Source: Convolutriloba macropyga
Taxonomy: Eukaryota
Direction of reading: 5' to 3'
Assembly: GCF_964194025.1 (NCBI RefSeq)
Contig: NC_134468.1
Location: 37,944,001 to 38,008,000, forward strand
DNA: 64,000 nucleotides
Position 1 is the stretch's first letter. Each line of letters starts with the position of its first letter. Positions 12,782-27,032 of this stretch are shown here, in pieces. The notes under the pieces were generated by a model. The model worked only from the letters and a program-made list of their open reading frames with translations, was not told the origin of the DNA and did not search any database. The translations under genes were made by a program, and so were the position numbers.

Positions 12782-13127
12782 CTCACACGTCGAAGAATTG
12801 CTCTCGAACGACTAGTGGGAGTTCTAATCTATTGCAGCTTGTTTCAACCGGCGGTGGGAGTAGCATAGAGGAAAGGGAGTCAGTAGAGGCTATTATATAC
12901 CACTGTTAAGATTTAAACTTTTAAAAATTTGACATCATATTTTACACACTTTTCATTTTACGTTTTTAAAAAACGAATTTCTAATTGAGTTGAGCAGCTT
13001 AAAATTGTAAAGGAATGAAATTCAGATCAATAAGTCACTCAAAAAGTCAAAATAGTAAAGCAAAAATTTTGCATAAGACGAACACGTTTAACTATATTTG
13101 ATTTCAACTTCGTTTCAGAGCAATTAA
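12782..13127 (-). mobile_element. HINE-like family A copy
   Basis: AATTGCTCTCGAACG ... TTCAGAGCAATTAA; abuts a family B start. Confidence 0.7.
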
Positions 13128-13904
13128 AAACCATAGCTGGTAGATTGTCAGAAAATAGCCGCAATAGCTTCGTGGACCTGCAGTCTCAAAACATAATATA
13201 AAAACAGACCAAAAACGAAACTTTACTTAATGCTGAGATGTTATATTTTCATTAAGAATCCGTTTCACTTATTGCTGCTTCTAAAAGCTACCCTCAAACA
13301 CTCTTCAGTTAGAGTTACACGCACTGACTTGACCTTATCTCCTTGAATACCGCAAAGAAAAGTCAAATTCAGAGTAAGGAAGTCATTTTTGAGTGAGGTA
13401 AGTCAAGTGCGATCAAAAAATTAATCACGCTATAAACAAGAACTCTCCACTAAGAGTTAAGAATAAAAAATGGTCACGCACGCAACTCGGGGATCAGAAG
13501 AGACAAACGGGAGCAGAAACGCGAGGAGTACTAGGAGTACAGGTTAATAAAACAGAAGGCAACCAAACTTCCTAAAATTGCCATCTACAACGTTAATTTA
13601 CGCATTTATACCTATATAGGAAAATTCGAAAAACTGTCCATTATTCCATCACCTTGATTCTCCTCTGCATTTTGTTGAATCACATGCATACAGAGTAGTT
13701 GAGTCGTTAAGAAAGCTGGTCAGCAACTATCTAAATTCGGACTTTCCTAGTTTATCCTGTTTCTCAAGAAAAGTACAGTCCTGTTGGCCTCTCCTATAAA
13801 TTTTTTGTACTTCCGATTTCATCTGACAATTTTTTTTGTAAAATCCCTGCTGCAAACCTCGCTGAAGATCAATTTAATACAGATTCGCAACTTTCTTGTT
13901 CATA

Positions 13905-14302
13905 AAACGTAAACGACTAACGTCGGGGGAATTGCTCTCAAACGACTGCCGAGCGGTTGGCTTCGTCATTAGCTAGCTACGCCTTAGGGAGGCTAGCTTC
14001 AGCTTAATTGTAGGTGCCCTAGGGTAAACGGAGTTGGGGTGAAAGGGGATGGAGTTCGTAGTGTGTATGTATGGGAGGGGGGTTAAAATCTAAGAACCGC
14101 CCTTCGCATCATGAATTCATGACTCCACAACAGCTTCGTTGAATCGCATACTTAGCAACTATTAAGCTGCAGGCCTCGAAGAGCACCTAATGCTCTCAAG
14201 GTGTTACCTATTTGTCCTGGTTTTGAAGAAAAATCAGTCAGGCGCAAAATTTCATAAGAGCACAGGATGATATAATTGCAAATTTTCGCATGTGAGCAAT
14301 TA
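13905..14302 (-). mobile_element. HINE-like family A copy (degenerate)
   Basis: CGACTAACGTCG hairpin, AATTGCTCTCAAACG, right end GAGCAATTAA. Confidence 0.65.
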
Positions 14303-14590
14303 AGTAGGTTGCAAAACTTTATTAAAAAAGACATTTGAAATAGTAAAATTTAAGTTGGCCCGATTGAAATAGAACACTTGAAAACGTTTACATAAAATTT
14401 TAGACAATGCAAAAGGAGCCTATGTGCCAATTAAGCCGAATTGAATAGAAATAATTAGGTTTCATATACTATTCAAGATTAATTAAATCATTCTCATTAA
14501 TTTACTCTTTATTTAGCCAAAAAATCTGACATAATACACCGTTGTGAGTTCTATACCAAGTCTTACGGTTCACCGATGCATGGCTTCAGC

Positions 14591-14851
14591 AAACATACAC
14601 CGACTAACGTCGGATGAATTGCTCTCGAACGTCACACGGGGGCAGTTTAGAGGGGTGCAGCTTAGAAATGTTTTACGGGTGCAAAATTCGCAGATCACTC
14701 ATAAATGCAGAGATAAAAAGACAAATGAGAAAAATTCACTCAAGAAGTCAAAGAAAGTTTTAGAGCGCGAACACGAAACGTTCAAGTAAAAATTTTGCAA
14801 AAGACCAACACGTTTACAAAAATTGCTCCAAACCACGTTCGAGAGCAATTA
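14591..14851 (-). mobile_element. HINE-like family A short copy
   Basis: CCGACTAACGTCGG; AATTGCTCTCGAACG / CGTTCGAGAGCAATT perfect subTIRs. Confidence 0.75.
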
Positions 14852-15139
14852 TCAACATCAAACTATATTGTTTTAGTATACAAATGCTTAATAGTCGTAC
14901 TGATACAGGAAAAAAATTAGATACTATACAACTAAAAAAATGAGAAATAACCTTTTCTTTGAAAGTAACATAACTTTGGGTAGCTGACAGGGATAGTAAA
15001 GCGGTAAACCAAAAAACACCAGGATCAGTCCTGAACAACAAATCATAGAAATTCCTGACTAACACGAAACTAGACCTAGAATGGACTTGGAATGGTTTGA
15101 GAAAATGAGTTCAAAAAATTAATAAAAAACTCGAAAAAA

Positions 15140-15845
15140 AACGTAGCCGGCAGATTGGAGGAATAGCTTCGTAGATCTGTAGTCTCAAAACATAGAAAAC
15201 GAAACAGACCAAAAGCGAAACTTCTTTTTTTATTGATGAGATGCTATATTTTGATTAAGAATCTGTTTTACCTATTGCTGCTTCTTTAGCCGCCCTTAGC
15301 TGCACTTACTCGACCTTATCTCGTTGAATTACGCTAAGAAAAGTCAATTTCAGAGCGAAGAAGTCACTCTTGTGATAGGTAAGTCACGTGTGATAAAAAA
15401 AATAGTCACGCTATAAGCAAAATATTCTCCACTAAAAGCAAAAAAATGACGTCATCCACGCAATTCAAGGATTAGGTGAAAAACGCAAGATCAGAAACGC
15501 AAGCAGTACAAGGAGGTTGGGTTAATGAAACAGAAGCGTTCCAAACTACCTAAAATTGCCCTCTAGAAGGTTGATTTACGCATTTATGCCTATATAGGAA
15601 AATTCTAAGAACTGTCCACCACCTTGAGTCTCATCTGCATTTTGGTGAAAAATATACATAGAGAGTAGTTCGTTAAGTATTTTGTAAAGCACGATCATTG
15701 ACCAAAATTCGGACATCCCTAATTTATCTGTTTCTTGCTATGTGAGCAAAGGCAAAACAAAAAAAGAGCATCAGACGGCGAAACAAAAAAAACCAAGGCC
15801 ACCGCAATATAGGTTTCCTCAGCTTACCGCTTCGCAGCTATAATA
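15140..15845 (-). mobile_element. HINE-like family B copy
   Basis: Start AAAACGTAGCCGGCAGATT, shared body (GACCTTATCTC..AAGTCAATTTC..GAGGTAAGTCA), right end TATAG..GCAGCTATA. A paralogous copy starts at 13130. Confidence 0.65.
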
Positions 15846-16229
15846 AAAACAAGTCAAATTGCCCCACGTTAATAAAAAACAACAAGCAAGAAAGTGAAAT
15901 TTTGTTTTCTCACTCTATTTAAAAATTGGGGTGATAAAATAAATAAAAAACACTCGCTCTTTCGCTCCACTTCCTATTTGATTTCGACCAAAGTCATTAC
16001 TTTAAAATTACTGCAGAAATCATGAAAATGCGTGAACAGATCAAATTGATGAACATAAATCAAAAACCTCAAGCAAGAAAGCGAATTTTCGTTTTCCCAC
16101 TATTTTAAAATCATAGTGGCTTTGACGACGCAAAAACCACTCGCTCTTTCTATCAGTTTCCTGTTTCACCGTGACAAAAGTCATCATTTCAATTTGACCT
16201 CAAATTATGAAAAGGTGTGAACAAATCCA

Positions 16230-17537
16230 AAAACAACCGACTAACGTCGGGCGAATCGCCCTCGAACAAGCGGCGAGCGGTTGGCTTTGTCAATAGCTAG
16301 CCACAGTTTAGTGAGGCTAGCTTTAGCTTGACTGACTCGACATCTTTTAGTTTCCTAGCCTTTTTAGTAAATAAATCAAATAAAAAACTGATATTTTAAA
16401 AAACTGCAAAATATTGCAAAATTTTCTAAAAAGCTTCCAGATTTCGCAGTGAAAATGTTCAAAACTGTTTTTTCTCTGGATTTATGTCAAGTAACTCATC
16501 TGCTTGACTTGAAAAGCTTCGTTGGCCAGTAATGATCGTATAAGGACAAAAATATTCAAAAATTTTGAAAATCGCAAATTTTACCAAAATCTTGCTGAAA
16601 TTCAATATATTAAAATCTTCAAAACGATTTCAATGTCTCAAGAGACAATCCAGTATCCCTATTTCAAGCTTTAAATAGTTTCACAAAGATTCAAATTGAT
16701 ATTTTTTAAAAATTGTTGATATTAAAATCTTGAAAAACATTTAATTACATCTAGAAGCTATGCAGTAATAATCAAACGACCGAGGGGGTTCGCTAGCCCT
16801 TCAGGTTGGAGAAACCTAAAAAATAACAAATTTTCAAAAAACTTGAAAAAATTGCAGATTTTGTCAAAAAAATTGCTATAATTCGTGATGGAAAAATGTT
16901 GAGAAACCATTCCATTACCACTATAAACTATGTAGTAACCTATTATCAAATCCTGGTGGAGGTTGTGTGGGCCTTGAGGTTGAAAAAACATAAAAATGAC
17001 AAAATATTTTTAAAAAAAATGAAGTTTCATAAAAAAATTGCTAAATCTCATGATGTTAAAATGTTGAAAACCCTTCTATTACAACTAGAAGCTATGCAGT
17101 AACCTATTATAAAACTCTAGATGAGGTCCCGTGACACCACAGGGCTGAAAGAACTCAAAAACTGACACAAATTTTTAAAAAAAGCTTGAAAAAATTGCGA
17201 AAATTAGTATAAAATTGCGTGTTTTTAGCGATCGTTTGTTCGGCAGTAGCCACCGGGGAGGGGGGTGGCAACCGCGGGGGATCAACGGTGGGTGTTGTCT
17301 TCAACCTCTAAGAAACTCCCTTCACATCATAGGTATAAGTCTCCAAAACAGTTTGAGCTGAAACAGGACTGAAAGGCTCTAAGAGCACTTGATGCCCGCT
17401 GGGCGCTACCTGCTTATCCAGTTTTTGGGGACGAAAAGTTAAAAGCGTCAGACAAAAAATCGGTCAAGCGCAAAATCGCATTAAAAAGACCGACAGGACT
17501 AATATAATTGCTACAAACTTCGTTTGAGAGCAATTAA
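16230..17537 (-). mobile_element. HINE-like family A long copy with internal ~170-bp subrepeats
   Basis: Family A termini; internal sequence homologous to 22895-24748. Confidence 0.7.
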
Positions 17538-17839
17538 ACATAGCTTGAACACTCCGGAATCTAATCTATGTAGATTCGCACATAGGCGCCAGCCAACTCG
17601 ATGTAGATTTGCTACTACCAATTGACAGAAGAACTAATTCTTTGTTTGCGGATTTCCTTACAAAAATCTATACGTAGTTTTCCGACATTTATTCTCTGAG
17701 ACTTCTATTTCTTTCTGATCGGTTACAAATTATAAATTAGTATAATTTATTATATTACATGAACTGCACAGCATAATCTTGAAGAGTCCCTTTTTGGTAA
17801 CAATACCCATAAAATATCTCTCGATTAATTATTGAATAA

Positions 17840-18215
17840 AAAATTGACTAACATCGGAGCGAATTGCTCTCAAATAACCGGCGATCGGTTGTCATCGTCA
17901 GCAGCTAGCTACGGTTTAGTGATGCTAGCTTTAGCTTAATTGAAATGGTGTGAGGTGAGCGCAGCGGTGGGTGGAGGGGGGTGGGATGCACGGAGGGGGG
18001 TCAACCTCTAAGAACCGCCATTCACACCAGAGTACAAGTTTCCAAAAGTTTCCGTGAATCGCATGATATGAGACTAGTGAGCTGAAAATCTCCAAGAGAA
18101 CTTAATGCCCCTAGGGAGCTACCTGTTTATCCCATTGTTGAGGACGAAAGGTCAAATGGTTCAGACGAAAAAAAAACGAAAAAGACCAAAATAATGCCTA
18201 CAAACTTCGTTATAA
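17840..18215 (-). mobile_element. HINE-like family A copy (degenerate right end)
   Basis: Similar along its length to 3288-3797. Confidence 0.6.
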
Positions 18216-18584
18216 AATTATAGCAAAAGCTCAAAATTAGAAGAAATAGTAAAAAAAAAACACAAAAATGAAAGACGAAAATTTGATCAATATTACTCAA
18301 TCCTCTTTCAGAAACACAAATCCAAATCAATCAAAGCAATACATCATTAACTAAAACAACTAAACTCAACCAAAGGAAGACAACAATTTCTTAAAAACTA
18401 AAGAATGCAAAAAGTGCGAAAAAAAGCGTTCAAAAGGAGCCAAAAATTGCAAAAAGCTCAAAATATCACTTTAAAATCTAGAAGTTGCCTCAGATAGTCA
18501 GAAATGCATTCCAACAAAGTCCTACTCCTAACCAGAGTAATTGAGACAAACACCTCGGCCAAAAAAAATTAGGAGTAAAAATTA

Positions 18585-19205
18585 AAAACATAGCCGGTAG
18601 ATTGCCGGAAAATAGCCGCGATAGACGCTTGTGGCCTTCCCTGAATTGACACAAGTAAAGAAATAAGATAGACAGATTGATCACTAGTACTTTAATAGAC
18701 CACTAGACGTTTTGGTTAGATTCGGTCTTTAAGGAAAACGCGCTCAGAGAGCTTTTACAAAATTGATATTCGAACTCAAAAACTCAAGACTAATACTCAA
18801 GAAGTAGGGCATATAAGTTTCGCACTACTTAGATGCACACTATTGATCTTTAACTAAAATGTTCATAAAATTTAAAGTTCCATAAGTGAGTTCAGAAGTC
18901 ATTTTTTTGAGTGAGTTAAGTCACGCAATTGACCTAAAAGCAGAATTGACGTCACGCACAAAAATTTTAACTGCATAGCAATAGAAGTCACTGAAGTCAA
19001 TTCCAAGAAGTCAGGTCGTAGGAATCATCGATGGAGACGACGAATTAAAAAAAACAACCGACTAACGTACCCCAATTTGACTTCAAAAATCATGAAAATG
19101 GGTGAACAGATCTTAAAAAAAGACAGCGCTTTTAAAAGACATCTTTGAATTGTAAAAAAAACCACGATGTCCCCAATAATAGCCGCTATCGCTTCGCGGC
19201 TATTA
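18585..19205 (-). mobile_element. HINE-like family B copy
   Basis: CCGGTAGATTGCCGG hairpin, AATAGCCGCG ... CGCGGCTATT subTIRs, right end palindromic AATAGCCGC..GCGGCTATT. Confidence 0.7.
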
Positions 19206-19879
19206 AAAAACACTTTGGAAAAGCGGCATGTGATAAAAAATATCGCTTGCTTAGCAATTTTTTTCACACCTACGATTCTCGCTCTCTCTGAGAATACTGC
19301 ACGAACAAAAACCACTCTCTTTCGCTCTGCTCTTGACTTTTGCTCAGCAGATTGACCTAAAGACTTGTTTTCGAGTGCGGCATTGGTCTTAGTAACTTGT
19401 GAACAAAGAAAACACCGATTTAAAAAAAGATCACCATAACTCCTCTTCGAGTCGGAGTCGTAATAAAAAGAAAGACAGCGCCCTACAATACGATTCGAAT
19501 TCTTTGAGTTATAATTATAAATACAGATAAGAAACGTTTGTTTTCAACTCCTCCTATGTTTATTGTTTCGCACGGTCAAAAATTAAGTGAAAAGAAGATC
19601 GTGTTCAGCTGTGCTTTCACTCTCTTGGCTTTTTAAAGAAATCTTTATGATATTCACATCTGAACAGACTGTACCCCCGGTTAAAGGAGACTGGTAGCGA
19701 AAGAACACTCTTTTGTCACTTAGAGATGCTTAATACTTAGAAATAATTTCGGGAAGGCTCCGTTCAGCAGTTGCCTTTTCATTAGCCTGAATATTTTTTG
19801 AAGAGCCGAATATGATATACTCGCAGAAAATTTTGCAAGATGTGCTATTTATTATGTTAGTTTTGTCGCCACACCACAC

Positions 19880-20362
19880 CTGAAAACATTCGCAGCCGTC
19901 TCATAGTCATTTCTCACACAGTTTAGAATGCCCAGAGCAGTTAACACGTTCAAATCCTGAGGTGATATTGCTAGAGCCTGTTCAAATAACTTCAGAAGTT
20001 CTTGTGCTTTATACTGGAACATAAATAACGAAGACATTGATGTGAGGCCGCTATTCTGAGGTGCGCCAGGTAACTGAGGTATGCTCGAATAAGCAGGATT
20101 TGCTCTAAGCCATATTTCAAGCGTCTCCACAGCCCTGTTCATATCACCCTCATTTGTGTAGCTGGCTGAGAGAGCCATTAGAGCTTCCAGATTCCTTTCA
20201 TTTGAGTTTAAAGCGTTATTTAATGCTTTGATGGCAGCTTCATCGTTCTCATTTTCAGTTTGGGCAACTCCGAGGTAGTACCAGGCCCTTTCTTTGTCTT
20301 CTGAGTGCTTCACTGCCTCTTCTAATAGTAAAACTGCATTTGGGATATCGCCAAATCTCAGT
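19880..20362 (-). CDS. PEX5: PEX5 exon 4 (TPR repeats)
   Basis: GDIPNAVLLLEEAV...AWYYLGVAQTENEND...ALMALSASYTNE; acceptor tgtttag|A; donor CAG|gtgtgg. Confidence 0.95.
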
Positions 20363-22359
20363 CTAAACAAAAATAGGATGTCCTGAAATTGATAATTTTT
20401 TGGAATTTATCATCAGATCTTTAAAATGTTCTCCCTTGTTCTGTAAACAATCCCCAAACAAAAAGCCAAAACAAACACTCACTTTTCAAAACTGGGGAAA
20501 ATTGACATTTCCAAGCTTCTGAAGCTTTCCGAAATATATCTGAAGCGACCAAGGTCAAAAACCACTGACAAAAATGTGTTTTTGCAACTGATGCCGAACA
20601 AGCTTTATCAATACCGGTTTCTCTGTTATGAGATATTTGGATCTGCAGAAATTCCACCATTTCTCAAAACAACGTCAAAGAGATTGATTTGAAAAACACT
20701 CACTTCCGCAACTAACCCGTTCAGATGAAATTTTATCAGGAAATTGTACGCGCAAATATCAAACCATGAAAAGCCAAAGTTAGAGTAGTGTAAATCTGAT
20801 TGCCCCTAGCATTTAATGGAGGGTCTTTTAACGTTCTATCTTCTATCCGAAAATGGCGATCAGATTGTATTTCGGTAGTAATGAAGAAGAAAGGTACCAG
20901 AGCTTCAAAAAAATCTTCGACCATTTTAACATAAGCGACTTACGTCAGAAGAAATGCTCGTAAATATTGTTGTCCGCTGATAGCAGTATACATATAGGTA
21001 AGGCAACCTCGCCCGTATGACGCAAAAACATAAGAAAGGCTCCAAAAATGCGCAATAATGTAACCCGACATTTCAAAACCGCCCTTTACACCGTAAACTA
21101 CTAACCATAGAAAAGAATTGCCATCAGTTGATTGATAATGATCTTACAGGGACTTTCAACGACTAGACAAAATTCTCTAGATTATAGCTAACGAATTACC
21201 AGAAAAAAAGTTGCAGTGACATATACTCAGTTGACCCTATCTCCCCCAATTAAAAAAGCAAAACTCTCTTTGAGAGTGATAGAGTCATTTTTGAAAGAGG
21301 TAACTCACATGTGACCAAAAACTTATTAACACCAGCGTAAATGCGACACAAAACTATCAAACGAATGAAATAATAAAATGTTCACTGCAACTGTCCATAA
21401 AAAATTTTGTCTATTCGTAAACTAAAAGAAAATGAAAACTGTTAGCTGCGAAATGAAAAAAAGTTCACCATTTTTGTTGCAATAGAATGCTGATGATATC
21501 CGTTATTATTAACGTGAAGTGACAAGATAGCAAAAACAACAAATGAGGGCAAAATTAAGAAGAAACAAAAAAGCAAGAGAAATCGTATAAAATAGCTATC
21601 AACTGAATACGTTAAAGTTTCAATTTTGCTTTATTACAACAGCATGTGTCATTAACGAGTCTAATTGCCGAGAAAAAAATCCGAGCAAATATCAAAAACT
21701 CGTTAATATTTATGGAAAAACAAAAGTCAAAAACAAAAACCAGCTAACAACTAAAAACAATAAATAGGGTAATTATTAGCTTTGTAGAAATCCAATGGGA
21801 CCAGTTATTATTGATACTAAATGCCCAGATAACAGAAGGAACAACAAACGCGGTCAAACCTCAAAAGTTTATTAATAACAGCGAAAAAACATTGCAATAC
21901 AATCCAAATCAATTGGGCTGTAAAAAAGAAAAGGCTAAAAAAAATGACACACAGCTAACACTATCACAGCTATTAAAAAATGGATGCTTTGATGAAATTT
22001 AGACCCCTCCACGTGTGATAGAGTCTGTGTGAGATTAAGCCCATGTTGTCAAAATAAAGCACATAGATGGCAAACTACGCCCAACTTTTAACAATTCGTT
22101 TTTCATGGTTATTTTCTGTGATAGATTTTCAAAGGAAAATCTAATTAACTTGGCCTTTAAAAAAATCAAAATGATGCTTTCGAGTAGACCTTTAACATTA
22201 TAAGGTATTTAACTTCATTGTCGATGTCCAACTTTGTTCTCATGGGGTGGCCTTCTACATGCCTTCTGTTGGCTTTCTGTCATATCCTTTCTTTTCTGTC
22301 ATATCCTTTGTCATATTTAAGTGAAAATATGCGTTGTATACGTAATTACCGAAATAGAT

Positions 22360-22722
22360 AAACATTACCGACTAACGTTGGGGCGAACTGCTCTCAAACG
22401 TCCTGTCAGAGCGCTGGGTTACGGGTGCAACGATGTGCAGGGGGTGGGAATTGCGCCGGTGGTTGAAGTGGAGGGACTCTAAGAACTGCCCTTCGCACTA
22501 TAAATTTATGTCTACAAAGGTTGTTGGTGAATCGCATATTTAGAGACTATTAAGCTGTAAGGCTCTAAGAGAACTTATTGCCCACCAGGTATTGTCCTGT
22601 TCATCCCGTTTTCGAAGACGAACAGTCTAAAGGGTCCAACAAAAAATCGATCAAGCGAAAAATCGCACAAAAAGACCGCAGAACTAATATAATTGTAACA
22701 AACTTTGCTTGAGAGCAATTAA
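22360..22722 (-). mobile_element. HINE-like family A copy
   Basis: Family A termini and body. Confidence 0.7.
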
Positions 22723-22894
22723 TTAAATGAATAAAAAATATTCTACTTCTCAAAAATGCGCTGTGCCTTTAAAGGACTAGTAGACGATTTAAAAACATAA
22801 CTTCAACGTATAACCCACGGAAATCACCAGTTTATTCTGGTTAAATTGGCACAAAATTGAAAAACGGCTGACCAGTTGACAAATCGCATAATAA

Positions 22895-24748
22895 AAACAT
22901 AACCCACTAACGTCGGGCGAATTGCTCTCAAACGACCGTTCAAAACTATTTGCTTATGAAAACGTTCAAAACGAATTGCTTATGAAAACGTTCAAAACTA
23001 TTTTTTATCTCCTGAGTTATGTCAAGTAACCCATCTGCAAGACTTGAAAAACTTCGTTGGCCAGTAATGATAGTTAAACTCAAAAAAGGACTAAAACACT
23101 AAAAAATTTGAAAACAATTGCAAATTTTAACAAAATCCTGCTAAAATTCAACACATTAAAAGATTTAAAACCATTCCATTGTCTCAAGAAACCATCCAGT
23201 TTCACTATTTCAAGCTGAAATTAGTTTTACTGGCTCAAAAACATCCATAAGCTGGAACATATACATGATAATAATTTTTCGTAAATTTAAAAAACTAAAT
23301 TTTATCAAAAAAGTGCTAAAGCTGGAGTCATTTAAATATTGAAAACAATTCCATTAATCTAGAAACTATGCGACAGCTTTTCATGAAGCCTAGGAGGAGG
23401 TCCCTAGGACCCTGGTGCCGGAAAAAAATGATAAAGTCAAAAAGGTTCAAAAAACTTGAAAAAATTGCAAACAAATTTAAAAATTATTGATCTTAAAATC
23501 TTGAAAAACCTTCCATTACATCTGGAAGCTATGCAGTGAACTAAACTCAAACTCTAGAGGAGGTTATGTGGCTGTCGAGGTTGGAGAAACCAAGAAAATG
23601 ATAAAAATTTTCAAAAACCTTGAAAAAAATTAGAAGTTGCAAAAAAACTGCTAAAATGTGATAACTAATCCATGGCCAACAAACATTTTTCAGTAACTCA
23701 TTATCAAACCCTAACAGAGACTTTCTGAAAAACCAGAATAAATGACAATAATGATAAATATACAGACAACAGCGATAATAAACTGACAAAAAATTTAAAA
23801 ACTTGCAAGTTTTGTCAAAAAAAAAAATGCTGAAATTAGTGGTGTTGAAATCTGGAAAAACAATTCATTACATTTAGAAAATACACAGTACCTACTTTTT
23901 AGCCCTACAGGAGGTTTCTCGAGTCTTGAGGATGGAGAAACTTAAAAACCAACAAAAAAAACCTGAAAAAATGCAAGTTTTATAAAAAAAAATGATAAAA
24001 TTTGTCATATTAAAAAACTGAAAGCTACTCCATGGCAAATAAAATTGTTTCAGTAACTTATTATCAAACCCTTAAGGACGTTTTCTGGGCCCCTGCGTCC
24101 GGAAAGAAGTGGATAAGAAAATATAAATGTCAAAAAAATTGGAAAAATTTGCACGTTTTGTCAAAAAAGGCTAAAATTCGTGATGTTAAAATGTTGAAAC
24201 AATTGCACTACCACTAGAAACTATGCAGTATTCTAATATAAAACTACTAGAGGAGGTTTCTTGACAACTAGGGCTGAAAAAACACAAAAAATGACAAAAA
24301 TTTTCGAAAAAAAACTTGAAAAAATTTGTGAAAATTAGTATAAAATTGCGTGTTTTTAACGATCGGTTGTTCGTCAGTAGCCACGGGAGGCGCGCGGGGG
24401 GGGGGGGGTGTACATCGGTGGTCTGATGGGGAGAGCATGGGCAACATTGGGGTGGGGGCAACAGCGCGGTGGTGGGTGGGGCGGGATCAACAGTGGGGGT
24501 GTCGTCAACCCCTAAGAACAAGAACCGCCCTTCACAACATAAGTATAAGTCTCGAAAACAGTTTGAGCTGAAACAGAGCTGAAAGGCTCTAAGAGCAGGT
24601 AATGCCCGCTGGGCGCTACCTGTTTATCCCGTTTTTGGGGACGAAAAGTCATAAGCGTCAGACGAAAAATCGCTCAAGCGAAAAATAGCATAAAAAAAGA
24701 CCGACAGGACTAATAGAATTGCTACAAACTTCGTTTGAGAGCAATTAA
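22895..24748 (-). mobile_element. HINE-like family A long copy with expanded ~170-bp subrepeat array
   Basis: Family A termini; recurring CCATTACATCTAGAAGCTATGCAG-like anchor. Confidence 0.7.
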
Positions 24749-25576
24749 ACAACCGGACCCAATTACTTGCTACAAAGTTTCTTAGAAGAACTCTATACTT
24801 TCAAAGACTTTGACAGGGAGCAGAGATGAGTTTCCAAGTTTAAGAATTATATTCAATAAAAGAAAAATGCTCAAATTTGAGAAAAAAAAATTAAGACAGA
24901 CCAATTTTAAGCAATATAAAATTTCTCAAAAATTCCAACCAATGCTCAAACTGTAACAGATTTGTCCTTTAGAACTTTTTCTCTGCTTCGATTAGCTTTG
25001 TTTACCACAGAAAAGTTACTACAAGTATCACTTAATTTATGTCTCAAACGACTGGGAGCATTTTTAACGAGTACTTTTTTAAATTTGACTTTTTATAAAA
25101 GGAGTCACAAAGTCAAATAGGAGTGAGGTAAGAATTGTGGTTGTGAGAACAAACTACCGGTTTCACAATAAAAAGAAGCGCTCTTATCTGACTACACTGT
25201 TTGCAATACAAACAATATTTTGGGCAAAGTAAGAAAATCAGCACATATTGCAAAAGAACATTTTCTCCGATTGTACGAATTCGCGTTTCTTCTCAAAATG
25301 AAAATTTAATTCATTAATCTTCAAAGAATCGTAAACAAGATATTATCATATAATAATTGTAAACTTGTTCAGAGTCGATGTTAACCGTAAAATATTGACT
25401 TAACAGACGTTCAATCAATTTCTCTGACGGTTGAAAACATCACATGCTTTTATTCAATTCGTAAAAACCAAACGACACAAAATAGATAGATACCCTCAGG
25501 TCTTGACACTCGGCTATAAATCTAGATCCTTCGAACCTACCGCCTCGCACCGTTCATACTTAAATAGCGAACTAAC

Positions 25577-25820
25577 CGTTCAATTCCCTTTTCCAGCGGG
25601 TCATCTACTCCTTCAAAAGGGTTGTCCTCCTGGAAAGTGTATCTGTTAGCTACAAACGGGTGTCTTTGTCCCCTTAACACGGCTTCTTCCTCATCTCCCT
25701 CAGTGACCCATACTGACTCCAGTTCACTGAGATTATTCAACTGTTGCTCTTCATACTTCTTCAGGATATTCTGCCACTCCTCCTCTAAATTAGCGAACAC
25801 GTCTGCCCCAACATCAGCAC
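25577..25820 (-). CDS. PEX5: PEX5 exon 3
   Basis: Acceptor gagcag|GT; YTFQEDNPF...PLEKGIER pre-TPR motif; donor ACG|gttagt, phase 2. Confidence 0.9.
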
Positions 25821-25950
25821 CTGCTCAACAATTATAGGCATTTCAACTAAGAACTTGTGATTACAGTTCATTTTAGCAATTTCCGATTTTCTGCCAATTG
25901 GCTAATATGATTGAAAGATAAAATCAACATTTTCTTCTTTTCAGCCGGTG

Positions 25951-26358
25951 AACATAACCGACTAAACGTCGGAAGAATTGCTCTTGAACGACTAGTGAGA
26001 GCTCTAATCAATTGCAGCCTGCTTCAGTCGGGGGGGGGGGGGCTAAATGGGACTAAGAAGTTCTAAAGTGGGCTTCAAATAACCACATTAGAGGTTAACA
26101 TATACCACTATTAAGATTTAAAGTAAAAAATGACAAGATTTTCGGCGCACTTTTTATTTGACATTTAGTATTAAATTGTCGCCAATTCAGTTCAGCTGCT
26201 TGAAATTGTGATTGAGAGAGAATTTTAGATCACGCGAAATGCAAAAAGTCAAGGGCGTAAAAGTCACTCGAAAAGTCAAAATTGTCAAGCGAAAATTTTG
26301 CATAAAAAAGACACACACGTTTACAATAATTGCTATGAACTACGTTCAAGAGCAATTA
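25951..26358 (-). mobile_element. HINE-like family A copy
   Basis: AATTGCTCTTGAACG / CGTTCAAGAGCAATT subTIRs, CCGAC..GTCGG hairpin, poly-G core. Confidence 0.75.
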
Positions 26359-27032
26359 AAAAGTGCAGACATTTCAAAGTAAACTGTAATCGGCAGCAAA
26401 GTGACATGTCATTTGTCAGATATACATCCATATTTCCCAAACAAACTACTATTTGGTTGTAAAAAACCAACGAAGGATTAAAAGTGTCACAACTCCAAGT
26501 GGATTCAACTAACTCTTTCTATTATTACTGAATATATGGAGTGTAATGGAGCAAAGTTTTAAAAACACAGCCCGCAGACTTCCGGAATAGCTGCGAAAGA
26601 ATAGACTTGCGTGTCATATAATAGAGATAGAAACAGATACAGATATGGTTGAAAAAATGGACGACGCTCAAAAAGCTATGTAAAAAAACATTCAGCGATA
26701 AATTAACGAAAGTTGTTAAAATCTATTGCGCAGAAGCCTCTTCATTAGGGGCCTTTATTACACAGAGTTCCTTTGACCTTAAACTAATTCAAATTAAACT
26801 TCTGCATAAGTTTTAAAGTGCAAAGTTCATTTTATTGAGCGAGGTAAGTCACGTATGATCAAAATCTAATCACGCAAATTACCTAAAAACTTCTGTTAGC
26901 GAGAGTGAGAAATGACATTACGCGCGCAAATGCCGTTAGTGAGAGGAAGAAGTAATTCAGAAAATTTGACTTCAGTTTTTCTGTGTGAACAAATGTAAAA
27001 AGAAAAAAGAGCATCAGACGCCGAAGCAAAAA

